From Candidatus Multivorans sp. (GTDB lineage Bacteria; Acidobacteriota; Thermoanaerobaculia; Multivoradales; Multivoraceae), in assembly GCA_965224025.1 (NCBI GenBank), contig OZ245033.1:4960001-5024000 (forward strand): a DNA stretch of 64,000 nucleotides. The letters run 5' to 3'. The notes under the pieces were generated by a model. That model ran no database searches. It saw nothing but the letters and a program-made list of their open reading frames with translations, and had not been told where the DNA came from. Position numbers and translations under genes: made by a program. Numbering within the stretch: the stretch's first letter is position 1; the number at the start of each line of letters is the position of its first letter. Below, in pieces: positions 39,389-49,415 of this stretch.

Positions 39389-41905
39389 ATGCCCGCTGAG
39401 TACCGCCTCGCGCTGCGCCTGACGGCCGACGCCAAGGGGTTCGTCGGCGCGGTGACCGCGGCGGACAAGCGAGTCGGCCGGCTCGCCGGGACGGTACGGC
39501 GGTCCAGCAGCGAGACAAAACAGGCGGCCGGCGCCCTGAAGCTGTACGGCGCCCAGGGCCAGGTGGTGTCGACGGTGTCGACGCGTCAGGCGGCCGCGGT
39601 CGACAGAGCGGCCCGGGCCGCCGACAGGGCAGGCAGGGCCTCCGCGGGAGCGGCGCGGCGCACCCGGGGCCTTGCTTCGGCGTTTCTCGCCGCGCATGGG
39701 CGGGCGATCGCCTACGGCCTGGGTCTGGGCGGCGGCCTGCTCGTGTCCCTTCGGCAGCTGGGGGGCGCGGCGCTGGACGCGGCGGAAGCGAACCGGGAGC
39801 TCGACAACCGCCTGCGCCTGGTGACGGAGTCGGAGGCTGAACTCGCGGCGGTGCGGTCCCAGCTCCTGGACGTCTCGGTGCGCACGCGGACGGCGATCGA
39901 CGGCACGGTGGTGACATACAGCCGGCTGGCGCTTGCGCTCGAACATCTCGACCGCCCCGCGTCACAGAGCGTCCGCGTGGTCGAGCTGCTGAACAAGCAG
40001 CTCGCGATCGGCGGCAGCGTGGGCAGCGAGGCGCAGGCCGGCCTGATTCAGTTTGCCCAGGGCCTGGCCTCGGGCAGGCTGCAGGGCGACGAGCTGAGGT
40101 CGGTGATGGAAAATCTTCTGGGCGTGCAGCAGGGGCTGATCATCGGCTTCCGGAAGCTCAGGGAATCGGGCCAGATCGACATCGACGTGACGAGGGCCAA
40201 TTTGCGTGAGTTGGCGTCCGAGGGCGAGATCACCGCCGAGCGGCTGATTGACGCGGTCCTGGCGTCGGGTGAGTGGACGGACAGGACGTACGAGAGCGTC
40301 GAAGCGGGCATCAGGTCGAGCTTCAGGGCCCTGCGCAACGAGATCCGGGAGAGCTTCCGCGAGGGGCTGGAGGAGACGTCGGGGTTCGTGGCCGCGACGG
40401 TGCAGCGGATGACGGAGGGTATGTCGCGGGCCAGGCGGATTCGGAGCCAGACGGTCAGGGTGTACGAGCTGGACTCGGATCCGCTGACGGCCCGTGACCT
40501 GATCGGCATGGACGAGCAGGAGATGCGCGACCTGGTTGGCGGCTTTGTGCGCGAGCTGGAGGCCGTGGCCGAGGGGGCCGGCGTGACCGCCGACTCCATC
40601 ATCGGCCGCCGGCTGGCCGCGCTGCTGCAGCCGCGGATCGACATTCTGCGGGAGGAACTGCAGCGCGCCGGCGAGATCGATCCGTCCGGCGCCGCGGCGC
40701 CGCCGGATCCGTCCGCGGAGCCGGATCCGGAACGCCTGCGCGAGATGTTGCGTCTCGAGCGCGAGTTCGCGACTGCGCGCGAACGGATTCAGCTCGACTA
40801 CCAGGACCGCGTGAGAAAGATCGAAGCGGTGGCGGATGGCGAGCAGCGCGAGCGATTGCTCCGGCGCGCGGAGACGATCCGGAGCGAGGGCATCGCCAGG
40901 CTGGGGAAAATCGCTGACCGCGAACGCGAGGCCCAGGAGCGCGCCGCGGCCGCGGACCGCGAACGCGCCGACTCGGCGCAGGCGTCGGCCGCCGCGCTCG
41001 TGCTGTTGCGCGAGGAGAACGAGCGGCTGCGGCAGGGAGGACTGGAAGCCCTGAAGGTGATCGAGGAGGAGCGCGAGGCCCGCGAACTGCTGGCGCAGGT
41101 CCGCCGGGCGCACGCGGACGCCACGCCGCAGGTGCTCGCCGGCCTGGAGGCCGAGGCGCTGGCGGAGCGGAAGCTGACGAAAGAGTTGGAGGCCCAGGCG
41201 GAGTCGCGAAACGCCAGGATGCAGGCGTTCGTGGGCTGGATGTCCGCCGGGTCGGCCGCGTCCGGTGAGGCCGCGGGCGAGCAGGCCGACCTGGCGGGAT
41301 CGCTCGGCGTGGCGGACGAGGCCCTGCGCCGAATCACGGGCGGCCTCGGGCAGTTCGCGAACGCGAACGCCAAGGCTTTCCGGCTGCACCAGGCCGCGGC
41401 GTTGGCGAGCGCGGCGGTTTCAACGGCCAAGGGCGCGACGGACGTCCTGGCAGACACGACGATCCAGCCGACGTGGCTGCGGCCGGTGATGATGGGCCTG
41501 ATCCTGGCCGCCGGCGCGGCGCAGATCGCGGCGATCCGTTCACAGAGGCCCCCCCAGGCGTTCGCCTACGGCGGCGTGATCGACCGCCGCGCGGAGTTCT
41601 CGTTCGGCGGCGGCCGCCGCGGCCTGGCGGGCGAGGCGGGCCCCGAGGCGATCCTTCCCCTGCGCCGGCTGCCGAGCGGCCGCCTGGGCGTCGGCGCCGC
41701 CGCCGGCGGCCGCGCGCCCGTCTTCGCGCCGCGCGTCGAGGTGGTCGTCCAGGCGCCGATGGGCGGCCGCCCGGACGACGCCGCCCTGTGGGGCCGCGAG
41801 GCGGGCCGCGGCGTGGCGACGGGCCTGCGCCCGCTGTTCCTCGAGTTCGTGCGCGAGGAGCGCCGCCCGCTGGGCGCGCTCGACCCGGACGGAGACTCCG
41901 TCTGA
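39389..41905 (+). CDS. tail tape measure protein
   Basis: 838 aa helical protein with tape-measure domain (NRLRLVT, QFAQGLASGRLQGDELRSVMEN) and C-terminal FAYGG...GEAGPEAILPL. Confidence 0.93.
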   Translation: MPAEYRLALRLTADAKGFVGAVTAADKRVGRLAGTVRRSSSETKQAAGALKLYGAQGQVVSTVSTRQAAAVDRAARAADRAGRASAGAARRTRGLASAFLAAHGRAIAYGLGLGGGLLVSLRQLGGAALDAAEANRELDNRLRLVTESEAELAAVRSQLLDVSVRTRTAIDGTVVTYSRLALALEHLDRPASQSVRVVELLNKQLAIGGSVGSEAQAGLIQFAQGLASGRLQGDELRSVMENLLGVQQGLIIGFRKLRESGQIDIDVTRANLRELASEGEITAERLIDAVLASGEWTDRTYESVEAGIRSSFRALRNEIRESFREGLEETSGFVAATVQRMTEGMSRARRIRSQTVRVYELDSDPLTARDLIGMDEQEMRDLVGGFVRELEAVAEGAGVTADSIIGRRLAALLQPRIDILREELQRAGEIDPSGAAAPPDPSAEPDPERLREMLRLEREFATARERIQLDYQDRVRKIEAVADGEQRERLLRRAETIRSEGIARLGKIADREREAQERAAAADRERADSAQASAAALVLLREENERLRQGGLEALKVIEEEREARELLAQVRRAHADATPQVLAGLEAEALAERKLTKELEAQAESRNARMQAFVGWMSAGSAASGEAAGEQADLAGSLGVADEALRRITGGLGQFANANAKAFRLHQAAALASAAVSTAKGATDVLADTTIQPTWLRPVMMGLILAAGAAQIAAIRSQRPPQAFAYGGVIDRRAEFSFGGGRRGLAGEAGPEAILPLRRLPSGRLGVGAAAGGRAPVFAPRVEVVVQAPMGGRPDDAALWGREAGRGVATGLRPLFLEFVREERRPLGALDPDGDSV

Positions 41906-42249
41906 TGGCCACGCCGTCGCTGCCCACCGCGCCGCTGTCCGTCGGCTCGTCGGTCCAGGTCGAGCCGCTCGTGGACCGCCTGCGCCTGGGCGACGGCCAC
42001 GTCCAGGACGCCGCCCAGGGCGTGAACGCCCTGGCGCGCTCGTGGCGGGCGGTGTGGAAGGCGCTCGACCAGGCGGCGCACGACACCCTGGTGGACTTCT
42101 TCGCCGCCCGCGCCGGCCACGAGCGGTTCCTGTGGCAGTCGCCGCTGGACAGCGCGCAGCGCAAGTGGGTCTGCGTCTCGTGGTCGACGGAGATCGTCAG
42201 CAGCGGCGTGTACAACGTCCAGGCGACGCTGGAGCGGCGATATGCCTGA
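41905..42249 (+). CDS. minor tail protein M-like
   Basis: 114 aa, RLGDGHVQ...GVN...FFAARAGHERFLWQSP...WVCVSW. Confidence 0.85.
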   Translation: MATPSLPTAPLSVGSSVQVEPLVDRLRLGDGHVQDAAQGVNALARSWRAVWKALDQAAHDTLVDFFAARAGHERFLWQSPLDSAQRKWVCVSWSTEIVSSGVYNVQATLERRYA

Positions 42250-42952
42250 TCTCGCCACCCGCCTCGACCTCGACGCCGGCGCGGTGGTCGACCTGTTCGA
42301 GATCCAGACCGACGCGAACGCGATCCTGTTCCGGTTCTCGCCCGGTCCGCGGGCCGACGGCACGGCGATCCTCTTCGGCGGCGAGCGCTACGACCCCGTG
42401 CCGATCGCCGTGTCCGGGCTCGGCTTCGGCGGCGGCGCGCGCTCGAGCGGCGGCTCTCCCCGGCTCACCCTGGGCCGGCTCGACCCGGTGATCACCGGCG
42501 ATCCGCGCGGCGACGACTGGCTGGGCTACCGCCTGCGCTGGCGACAGACACTGGCCCGGCATCTCGACGGAGCGGCCGACGCGGACAGCGCGGCGTACCA
42601 CGAGGAGATGCTGTGGATTGGCCGGGAGCGCTCCCGGACCCGCGCCGAGGTCGAGTTCGAACTCACCACGCCGCTCGAGCTGGTCCACCTGCACCTGCCC
42701 CGGCGGCAGGTGCTCCGCGAGTACTGCCCCTGGCGGTACCGCCTCTGGACCGGCGCGTCGTGGGACTACGCGAAGGCGCAGTGCCCGTACCGGGGCGCGG
42801 CGCGGTTCGACGTCTCGGACAATCCGACGTCGGACAGCAGCCAGGACAACTGCAGCGGCACGCCTGCCGGCTGCCGGCTGCGTTTCCCGGATCCGGCGGC
42901 GCTGCCCTTCGGTGGTTTCCTGGGCGTCGGCGGCGCCGCGAGGCCGCGGTGA
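42242..42952 (+). CDS. minor tail protein L-like
   Basis: VDLFEI, RQTLARHLD, FEL..PLE...LPRRQV, CPWRY, four Cys, LPFGGF. Confidence 0.88.
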   Translation: MPDLATRLDLDAGAVVDLFEIQTDANAILFRFSPGPRADGTAILFGGERYDPVPIAVSGLGFGGGARSSGGSPRLTLGRLDPVITGDPRGDDWLGYRLRWRQTLARHLDGAADADSAAYHEEMLWIGRERSRTRAEVEFELTTPLELVHLHLPRRQVLREYCPWRYRLWTGASWDYAKAQCPYRGAARFDVSDNPTSDSSQDNCSGTPAGCRLRFPDPAALPFGGFLGVGGAARPR

Positions 42953-43779
42953 GCCACCTGGTGCCGGCGGCCGCCGACAGCGAGGCGCGGCGGTACTTCG
43001 AGGCGGCCTGGCCCGACGAAGCTGCGGGCTACGTGGCAGCCGGCGGCGGCTTCCGGCCGCTCTCCGCGTTGACCTCCGGAGGCGGCCACGTGGAGCACGT
43101 CTGGCCGCCCCGGGACGAAGCGGCGGTCGTCCTGCATTCGCATCCCGGAGGCGAGCGGTTCCCGTCCAAGGCCGACATGACGGCGCAGGTGGCGATGGGC
43201 CTGCCGTGCGGCGTCGTGCCGGTGGTCGGCCCGGAGCTCGCCGAGGAAGCCCTGGGCGGCGCCGATCCCGGCAGCCGGCCGCCGATCGATCTCGCGGCCG
43301 CGTACGCGGCGCGCCGCGCCGGCTCTCCGCGCGCCGGTGGCCCGTCGCTGTTCGCCCAGGGGCCGGCGGCGGCGAAGCTGCCGGCCGCGAGTCCGCCCTG
43401 GCAGGGCCGCCCGTGGCTGCACGGAGTCTCCGACTGCTGGACGCTGGCCGGCCACTGGCTGCGCGCGCAAGGCTTCGACGTGCCGCCCATGGCCTACGGC
43501 TGGGGCTGGCAGCGGCGCGGGAAGGACCTGTTCCTGGCCGGCCTGGCGGAGGCCGGCTGGGGGGTGCTGGCGCGCGGCACGGAGCGACCCGGGGATCTGC
43601 TGCTCATGCGGCTGCGCGCGCCCGTCGTGGAGCACTGCGCGGTGCTGCTGGAGGGCGGCCGCATCCTGCACCACCCGGGCTCCCCGGCGCCGGACGCCCC
43701 GTGCGCGCTGTCCCGGCGTGAGCCGCTGGGGCGGTGGGGCCGCCACGTGGCACTGGCGGTGAGGCCGCGGCCGGCATGA
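42949..43779 (+). CDS. tail assembly protein K-like (JAB/Mov34 + NlpC/P60)
   Basis: WPDEAAG, HSHP..PSKAD, GVSDCWTL, PGDLLL, EHCAV, ILHH. Confidence 0.88.
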   Translation: MSHLVPAAADSEARRYFEAAWPDEAAGYVAAGGGFRPLSALTSGGGHVEHVWPPRDEAAVVLHSHPGGERFPSKADMTAQVAMGLPCGVVPVVGPELAEEALGGADPGSRPPIDLAAAYAARRAGSPRAGGPSLFAQGPAAAKLPAASPPWQGRPWLHGVSDCWTLAGHWLRAQGFDVPPMAYGWGWQRRGKDLFLAGLAEAGWGVLARGTERPGDLLLMRLRAPVVEHCAVLLEGGRILHHPGSPAPDAPCALSRREPLGRWGRHVALAVRPRPA

Positions 43780-46700
43780 TCGTCCGTGTCCAGGGCGCGC
43801 CCGAACTCCGGGAGCTGCTGGGCGCAGACGAGGTCGACGTCGGGGAGGCGCCGTCCGCCGGCGCCGGTCTGCGGGCGCTGTTCGAGGTGCCCGGCGCCGA
43901 GGACCTGGTGCGCGCCGGGGCCTGGTCGGTCCGCGTCGACGGCCTGGAGGTCCAGGAGGCCGCCCTCGGCGCTGCCCTGGCCCGCCCGGCGCGGTCGCTC
44001 GAGCTGCGCGCGGCGCCGACCGCGAGGTTCGAGGGTCCGGCGGCGGTGGCGCCGTGGGTGTACTGGACGATCGTCGGCGCGACCCTGGCCGCGACCGCCT
44101 ACTCCATCGCCACGCTGCCCTCGGTCCGCGACTACGCGGACCGGGAGGAGCCCGGCAACCGGCAGCGGCACCTGTTCAGTGGGCCGGTGAACTCGGTCGA
44201 ACAGGGCGGCCCCGTGCCGCTCGTCTTCGGCACGCGGGTCCGGGTGGGGTCGGTGGTCGTCTCGGCCTCGACGTCGTCCGACCTGGACGAGACGGGCGGC
44301 GGCGGCGACGGCGGCATCATTCAGCTTCCGCAGCCGAGTCGGCAGATCGGGGGTGGCGCCGGCCGGCCGGAGACGCACTCCGTGTTCGGCGCCGTGCTCT
44401 CGACCGTGCGCACCGAGGAGCCACCCGACCCCGGCCCCCAGGGTCCGGACTTGCCGGATCCGGACGACGACGACACCGGTACGGATCCCCCGGGCCCCGG
44501 CGACCGGCAGCCGGGCGACCCGCCGACTCCGGACCGCTACGCGCCGGCGAAGCTGGACGGCGTGAGCCGGGTCCGGATCGTGGAGATGCTGGGCGAGGGG
44601 AAGATCGAGGGCTTGCGCGACCCGGGCGTGGTGCTGACCAGGTCGCTGATCCTGAGCGGCGCCGCGGCCGCCGGCGAGGCGGTGCTGAAGGTGTTCGGAT
44701 CGCCTGATGACGATCTGTACGACCTGGATGTCTCCGCGGACGACGACGGAGACGTCCTGGAGACAGCGGCGTGCGCCGGCTGCAAGGTCCGCATCGACCG
44801 AGGGGCCGCGTGGCTTGCCGGCGCGGTCCAATCGGTCACTGCGGCGGGGAAGATCCGGTTCCTCAGGGAGGGCGGCGCCGGCGCGCTCACCGCGGGCGCC
44901 GGAGCGGCGATCTCGTTCCCGGATGAGGAGAATCGCCTGGCCAGCGTGTTCCTGGACGGCACGCCCCTGAGGACGGCGGCGGGCCAATACAATTTCAGCG
45001 GCGTGGTCGACCTGGAGTTGCTGCGCGGCGGCGCTGGCCAGACGGGCCTGGACACGATCGACGCAGTCGAGACGCAGCAGCAGGTCGACGTCGCGCTGGG
45101 AACGGCCGCGACGTCGCGGAACAGGGCCGGCCAGGCAGACGCGGTCCGGGTGACGCTCCGCGCCGCCGCGCTGTGGCGCGAGCTCGACGGGGACATCGCG
45201 CCGGCGCGGGTCCTGGTCGAGATCACGATCGGTTCGAAGACCTGGGGCTACCGACTGCAGGAGAAGCGCACGTCGCCCGGCGAGGTGAGCGTGGTGCTGC
45301 CGCTGGGGTCGGAGACCAGCGTCAAGGTGCGGCGGACCACCGTTCCGGCGGCGGACCCGGACACGGTGCGCGACGAGGTGCGCTGGGCGTCGGTCACCTG
45401 GATCAGGCATGTGCGCCAGACCTACCAGTCGTCGGCCCTCGTGGGCCTGACGCTGGACGCGGACCGGATGGGCGGCCGGTTGCCGGCGCGGAGCTATGAG
45501 ATCGCCGGCCTGGAAGTGGGAATTCCGTCCGGCTGGAATCGGCGCACCCGAGCCTATCCGCCGGTCTGGAGCCGGACCATGGCGGCGGACCCGGCCGCGG
45601 TCGACAATCCGGCCTGGATCCTTTTCGGGCTGCTGCGCAACGTCGATTGGGGCATCGGCGCCGAGCCGGGCATGCGCGCGGCGGCGTGGGCGGCGCGGGA
45701 CGCGTTCTACGAGTTCGGCCGGTGGTGCGACCAGAGCGTGGCGCTCGGCGCCGAGTCGGCGATGGAGCCGCGCTGGCGCTTCAACGCGGCGTTCAGCCGC
45801 CGGATGAAGGCCAGGCGGTTGCTGAAGCTGATCGAGAGCGCCTGCCGGTGCGGGATCGAGTTCCAGGGCGGCCAGCTGAGCCTGTACTGGGACGCCGACG
45901 CGGACCCGGCGGCCATGCTCGGCGACGCGAACGTGCAGGACGGCGAGTTCGAGTACGGGTCGCGGGCGCCGGAGTGGCACGAGCGGGCGTCGGTGGTCGC
46001 GGTCACGTTCAACGATCCGGACGACGGGTTCCGGGCCTCGGTGGAGCTGGTGATCTCCCGGAACCTGATCGAGAAGTACGGCTGGCGCCAGCGCGACGTG
46101 ACGGCGATGGGCTGCACCTCCCGCGGCCAGGCGCACCGGATAGGCCGGCTGCTGCTCTACGAGCAGGAGCACGAGGCGGAGACGTTCTCCTGCACCGCCA
46201 CGTGGGACAACGCCCTTGTGCGCCCCGGCCAGGTCGTCCAGGTCGCGGACTCCGACGTCACGACGTCGCGGACGACGCGGCGCGTGGTGGAGGCTGCAGC
46301 CGTCGACGGCCGGCTCGTGCTCGATCAGGCCGTGAGCGCCGCCGACGCGGCGCTTATCCGGTCCCTGTGGGTGCGTCGCCTCGAGGGCGAGGCGTCCGGG
46401 GATGCCAGGGGCCGCAAGGCCGGCCTCGCGCAGTACCGCACGGCTGACGGCTACCGGTTTGGCGCCGGGGGGGCGACGTGGGGGCTGAGCGTCTCGCGGG
46501 CGGGCGGCACGGCTGTGCCGCTGCGCAAGGTGCAGGGCGTCGTCCAGATCGAGCTGGCGACGGCCGGCCGCAAGCCCCTGCTGTACCGCGTGACGGAGGT
46601 GCGGCGCGTCGACACGATCCGCTACCGGATCTCGGGCCACCGCCACCAGCCCGGCAAGTACGGCGTGGTGGAGAGCCGGCGCGCCCTGGGGTCTCCGGAG

Positions 46701-49415
46701 AAACGAATTTCCACGGGGCTCAAGCCGCTGAAGGCAGTCACCCTGCGCGAGGAGGACTACGAGGACGGCGCGCTCGGGACGCTGGCCAAGGTGGTCGTCG
46801 GGGTCGAGTCGGCGGAGGCCGATCCGCGGCAGAGGGCGCTCGACATCCAGATCCGGTACGCGCCGACCTCGGCGGCGGCTGTCGCGGACACTCCGTGGAG
46901 ACGCCTGCGGACCCGCGAGGTCGCGCCTTCGAGGGTGGGCTGGTATCAGGCCCGCGGGCGGTGGGTCGGCGGCGGCACGCGCTCCGGGTGGCGCGAGTCG
47001 GCCGTTCTGCATGCCGACGGCCCTGGCGACGTGCTGGGCGGCGACCCCACGGTGCCGCAGTGGGCGATGGTGATCGACCGCACCGTCAGGGCGCCGACCG
47101 CGGCGGCCGTGGACCTGGCGACGGAGTGGCACCTGTCCGGCGCCGCGGGCGGCTGGGGCGGCTCGCGCACGGTGATCATCGGCGGGGTGTCGTCGACTGA
47201 GGAGGCGCGACTGAAACGGCTCGCTCCGGGCAGCCTGCTGGCGCTGTTCGACGACCTGGACAACTGGCTCCAGGCGGCGGCGCCGGCGGCGCCTGCGTTC
47301 AGCGGCGCAGGCGCGGCCCGGAACGCGGCGATCGCGCTCGAGCACGTGCGGAGCAAGGGCGCCCAGCCGTCGGCCGGGCCGCTGTCGGTGCGTTTCTTTC
47401 CGTCAGGCCTCGACGGCCCGGACCTGGCGACCATCGCGTCGTTTACGCTGAGCCCCGCGGACCCGGGGATGGTCCTGGGGTGGGCCGCCGTTGCGACGAA
47501 GCCGGACTTGTGGAAGATCCAGCTGGGGCTGCCCGCGCCCGGCGGCGGCGTCAACTACGCAGGGCAGCCATCCTACGTGGACGGTGCCAAAACCCGGCTG
47601 GCCAGCGGGGATCCGGTGGTCTCGGGAGCCGCGCCGCCGACATCGGCGTTTCTGGCCGCGATCTATTCCGGCTCGCAGCTCGACAAGAGGCTCTACGCCC
47701 GGATCCAGGGCGTGAGGAGGGATGGGGCGGCCGTCGTCGGCTACGGCGCGGACGTGGCCTCCGCGGTGATCGAGATCAGCACGCTGTCCGCCCCCTCGCT
47801 CGTCGCGACGCCGGGGAACGCCCTGATCGTCCTGACCTGGAGCCCGGTGCCGGGCGCGACCGGCTACGAAATTTTCCGCAACACCACCGGAACGCAGCCA
47901 GACCCGAGCACGAGTCCGACCTGGTCGACAGGAGATGTGGCACGGTGGGTCAACACGGGCCTGGCGAACGGAACAAGGTACTACTACTGGATCCGCGCAA
48001 CGACGTCCGCCGCCGCGAGCTCGCTGTCCCCGCGCGCGTCTGCAGTTCCGACCGCCGGCACGGCGGTGATCGCGCCGCACTTCCCCTCGTCCTCGGTGGC
48101 TGTGGCGATCACCCGGGGCGCCGTGGGGAGTCAGGTCCTGCCGGCGGCTTCCGGATCGGCGCCGGCGTACGCCCTGCCGGGGTTGCCGTCCTGGCTCTCG
48201 TTCAGCGCCAGCACCAGGCGGCTGTCGTGGACCGCGTCGGCGGTCGTCGGCACGCGGACGCTGACGCTCACGGCGACGAACGCGGCCGGGGCGGACACGC
48301 TGGCCGTCAACGTGACGGTCGGGCTGTCCGCCCCCTCGCTCGACGCGACGCCGGGGAACGCCCTGATCGTCCTGACCTGGAGCCCGGTGCCGGGCGCGAC
48401 CGGCTACCAAATTTTCCGCAACACCACCGGAACGCAGCCAGACCCGAGCACGAGTCGGAGCTGGCGGGCAGGAGCTACGGTGCAGTGGGTCAACACGGGC
48501 CTGGCGAACGGAACAAGGTACTACTACTGGGTCCGCGCAACGGCGGGCGGCTCCGCGAGCTCGCTGTCCCCGCGCGCGTCTGCAGTTCCGACCGCCGGCA
48601 CGGCGGTGATCGCGCCGCACTTCCCCTCGTCCTCGGTGGCTGTGGCGATCACCCGGGGCGCCGCGGGGAGTCAGGTCCTGCCGGCGGCTTCCGGATCGGC
48701 GCCGGCGTACGCCCTGCCGGGGTTGCCGTCCTGGCTCTCGTTCAGCGCCAGCAGGCGGCTGTCGTGGACCGCGTCGGCGGTCGTCGGCACGTGGCCGCTG
48801 ACGCTCACGGCGACGAACGCGGCCGGGGCGGACACGCTGGCCGTCAACGTGACGGTCGCCGGCGTCGGCGCATGGACGGCGTGGCAATCGGCCGCAAATC
48901 TTGCCTGGAGCGCGGACCTGGACGACGCCGACGTTTCGTCGCAGGCCGCCGAGACCGACAACCGCATGTGGAGGTGGGACACATCGGGGGGGGGGCTGGC
49001 TGACTGGTCGGGGGGCGGGCTGTGGGCCGGTGCGTCCACGTTCGGGGTGATGGCCACGATGAACGCCGTGATCGACGGGGCTGTGGTCCTGGTGCAGGTG
49101 TTTCAGTGCTACGGCACCCCGGCCAACAACGTGCGCCGTACCGACACCGACGTGTATCTGAACAGCGAGTTCACGCCGCTTTTGTTCGCCGGCGATCTCG
49201 ACACGCGAAGGTCGGAGAGCTTCGATTTCACGCAGGCAGTGCTTATCTACTCCGCCTCGAACAGGCCTTCCGGGCTGAGCTCGACAGATCGCGCTATCGG
49301 GTTTCTGCGCTGGCGCCGGGACCTCGGCGGCAATGGCGCCGGGACCCAGGAGCTTGCGGTCGTCCCCGGCGGCTTCGGGTCGTACCGGTTCTACAGTCGG
49401 AGGTGGGAGCTGTGA
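43776..49415 (+). CDS. fused tail protein I + host-specificity protein J with duplicated FN3/Ig-like modules
   Basis: I-like LFSGPVNSVEQGGPVPLVFG; J-like GEGKIEG, SVFLDGTP, DNPAW, GCTSRGQAHRIGR, PGQVVQVAD; FN3 (LTWSPVPGATGY..TGLANGTRYYYWIRA) and LPSWLSF Ig-like modules, each twice. Confidence 0.9.
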   Translation: MIVRVQGAPELRELLGADEVDVGEAPSAGAGLRALFEVPGAEDLVRAGAWSVRVDGLEVQEAALGAALARPARSLELRAAPTARFEGPAAVAPWVYWTIVGATLAATAYSIATLPSVRDYADREEPGNRQRHLFSGPVNSVEQGGPVPLVFGTRVRVGSVVVSASTSSDLDETGGGGDGGIIQLPQPSRQIGGGAGRPETHSVFGAVLSTVRTEEPPDPGPQGPDLPDPDDDDTGTDPPGPGDRQPGDPPTPDRYAPAKLDGVSRVRIVEMLGEGKIEGLRDPGVVLTRSLILSGAAAAGEAVLKVFGSPDDDLYDLDVSADDDGDVLETAACAGCKVRIDRGAAWLAGAVQSVTAAGKIRFLREGGAGALTAGAGAAISFPDEENRLASVFLDGTPLRTAAGQYNFSGVVDLELLRGGAGQTGLDTIDAVETQQQVDVALGTAATSRNRAGQADAVRVTLRAAALWRELDGDIAPARVLVEITIGSKTWGYRLQEKRTSPGEVSVVLPLGSETSVKVRRTTVPAADPDTVRDEVRWASVTWIRHVRQTYQSSALVGLTLDADRMGGRLPARSYEIAGLEVGIPSGWNRRTRAYPPVWSRTMAADPAAVDNPAWILFGLLRNVDWGIGAEPGMRAAAWAARDAFYEFGRWCDQSVALGAESAMEPRWRFNAAFSRRMKARRLLKLIESACRCGIEFQGGQLSLYWDADADPAAMLGDANVQDGEFEYGSRAPEWHERASVVAVTFNDPDDGFRASVELVISRNLIEKYGWRQRDVTAMGCTSRGQAHRIGRLLLYEQEHEAETFSCTATWDNALVRPGQVVQVADSDVTTSRTTRRVVEAAAVDGRLVLDQAVSAADAALIRSLWVRRLEGEASGDARGRKAGLAQYRTADGYRFGAGGATWGLSVSRAGGTAVPLRKVQGVVQIELATAGRKPLLYRVTEVRRVDTIRYRISGHRHQPGKYGVVESRRALGSPEKRISTGLKPLKAVTLREEDYEDGALGTLAKVVVGVESAEADPRQRALDIQIRYAPTSAAAVADTPWRRLRTREVAPSRVGWYQARGRWVGGGTRSGWRESAVLHADGPGDVLGGDPTVPQWAMVIDRTVRAPTAAAVDLATEWHLSGAAGGWGGSRTVIIGGVSSTEEARLKRLAPGSLLALFDDLDNWLQAAAPAAPAFSGAGAARNAAIALEHVRSKGAQPSAGPLSVRFFPSGLDGPDLATIASFTLSPADPGMVLGWAAVATKPDLWKIQLGLPAPGGGVNYAGQPSYVDGAKTRLASGDPVVSGAAPPTSAFLAAIYSGSQLDKRLYARIQGVRRDGAAVVGYGADVASAVIEISTLSAPSLVATPGNALIVLTWSPVPGATGYEIFRNTTGTQPDPSTSPTWSTGDVARWVNTGLANGTRYYYWIRATTSAAASSLSPRASAVPTAGTAVIAPHFPSSSVAVAITRGAVGSQVLPAASGSAPAYALPGLPSWLSFSASTRRLSWTASAVVGTRTLTLTATNAAGADTLAVNVTVGLSAPSLDATPGNALIVLTWSPVPGATGYQIFRNTTGTQPDPSTSRSWRAGATVQWVNTGLANGTRYYYWVRATAGGSASSLSPRASAVPTAGTAVIAPHFPSSSVAVAITRGAAGSQVLPAASGSAPAYALPGLPSWLSFSASRRLSWTASAVVGTWPLTLTATNAAGADTLAVNVTVAGVGAWTAWQSAANLAWSADLDDADVSSQAAETDNRMWRWDTSGGGLADWSGGGLWAGASTFGVMATMNAVIDGAVVLVQVFQCYGTPANNVRRTDTDVYLNSEFTPLLFAGDLDTRRSESFDFTQAVLIYSASNRPSGLSSTDRAIGFLRWRRDLGGNGAGTQELAVVPGGFGSYRFYSRRWEL
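47783..48858 (+). repeat. 540-bp tandem duplication in the tail-tip gene
   Basis: Copy 1 47783-48321, copy 2 48323-48858; 22 substitutions and one 3-nt indel by manual alignment. Confidence 0.95.

Noticed and set aside
43494-47345. Long antisense or alternate-frame ORFs (e.g. 43494..47345, 1564..3705, 51935..54901, 27782..29539)
   Set aside because: Shadow ORFs expected in high-GC DNA overlapping well-supported genes; no recognisable motifs
47783-48858. One duplicate copy being the DGR template repeat of the other
   Set aside because: Mismatches are not confined to adenines of one copy (13 of 22 involve no A), both copies are in-frame coding, and no reverse transcriptase is in the window
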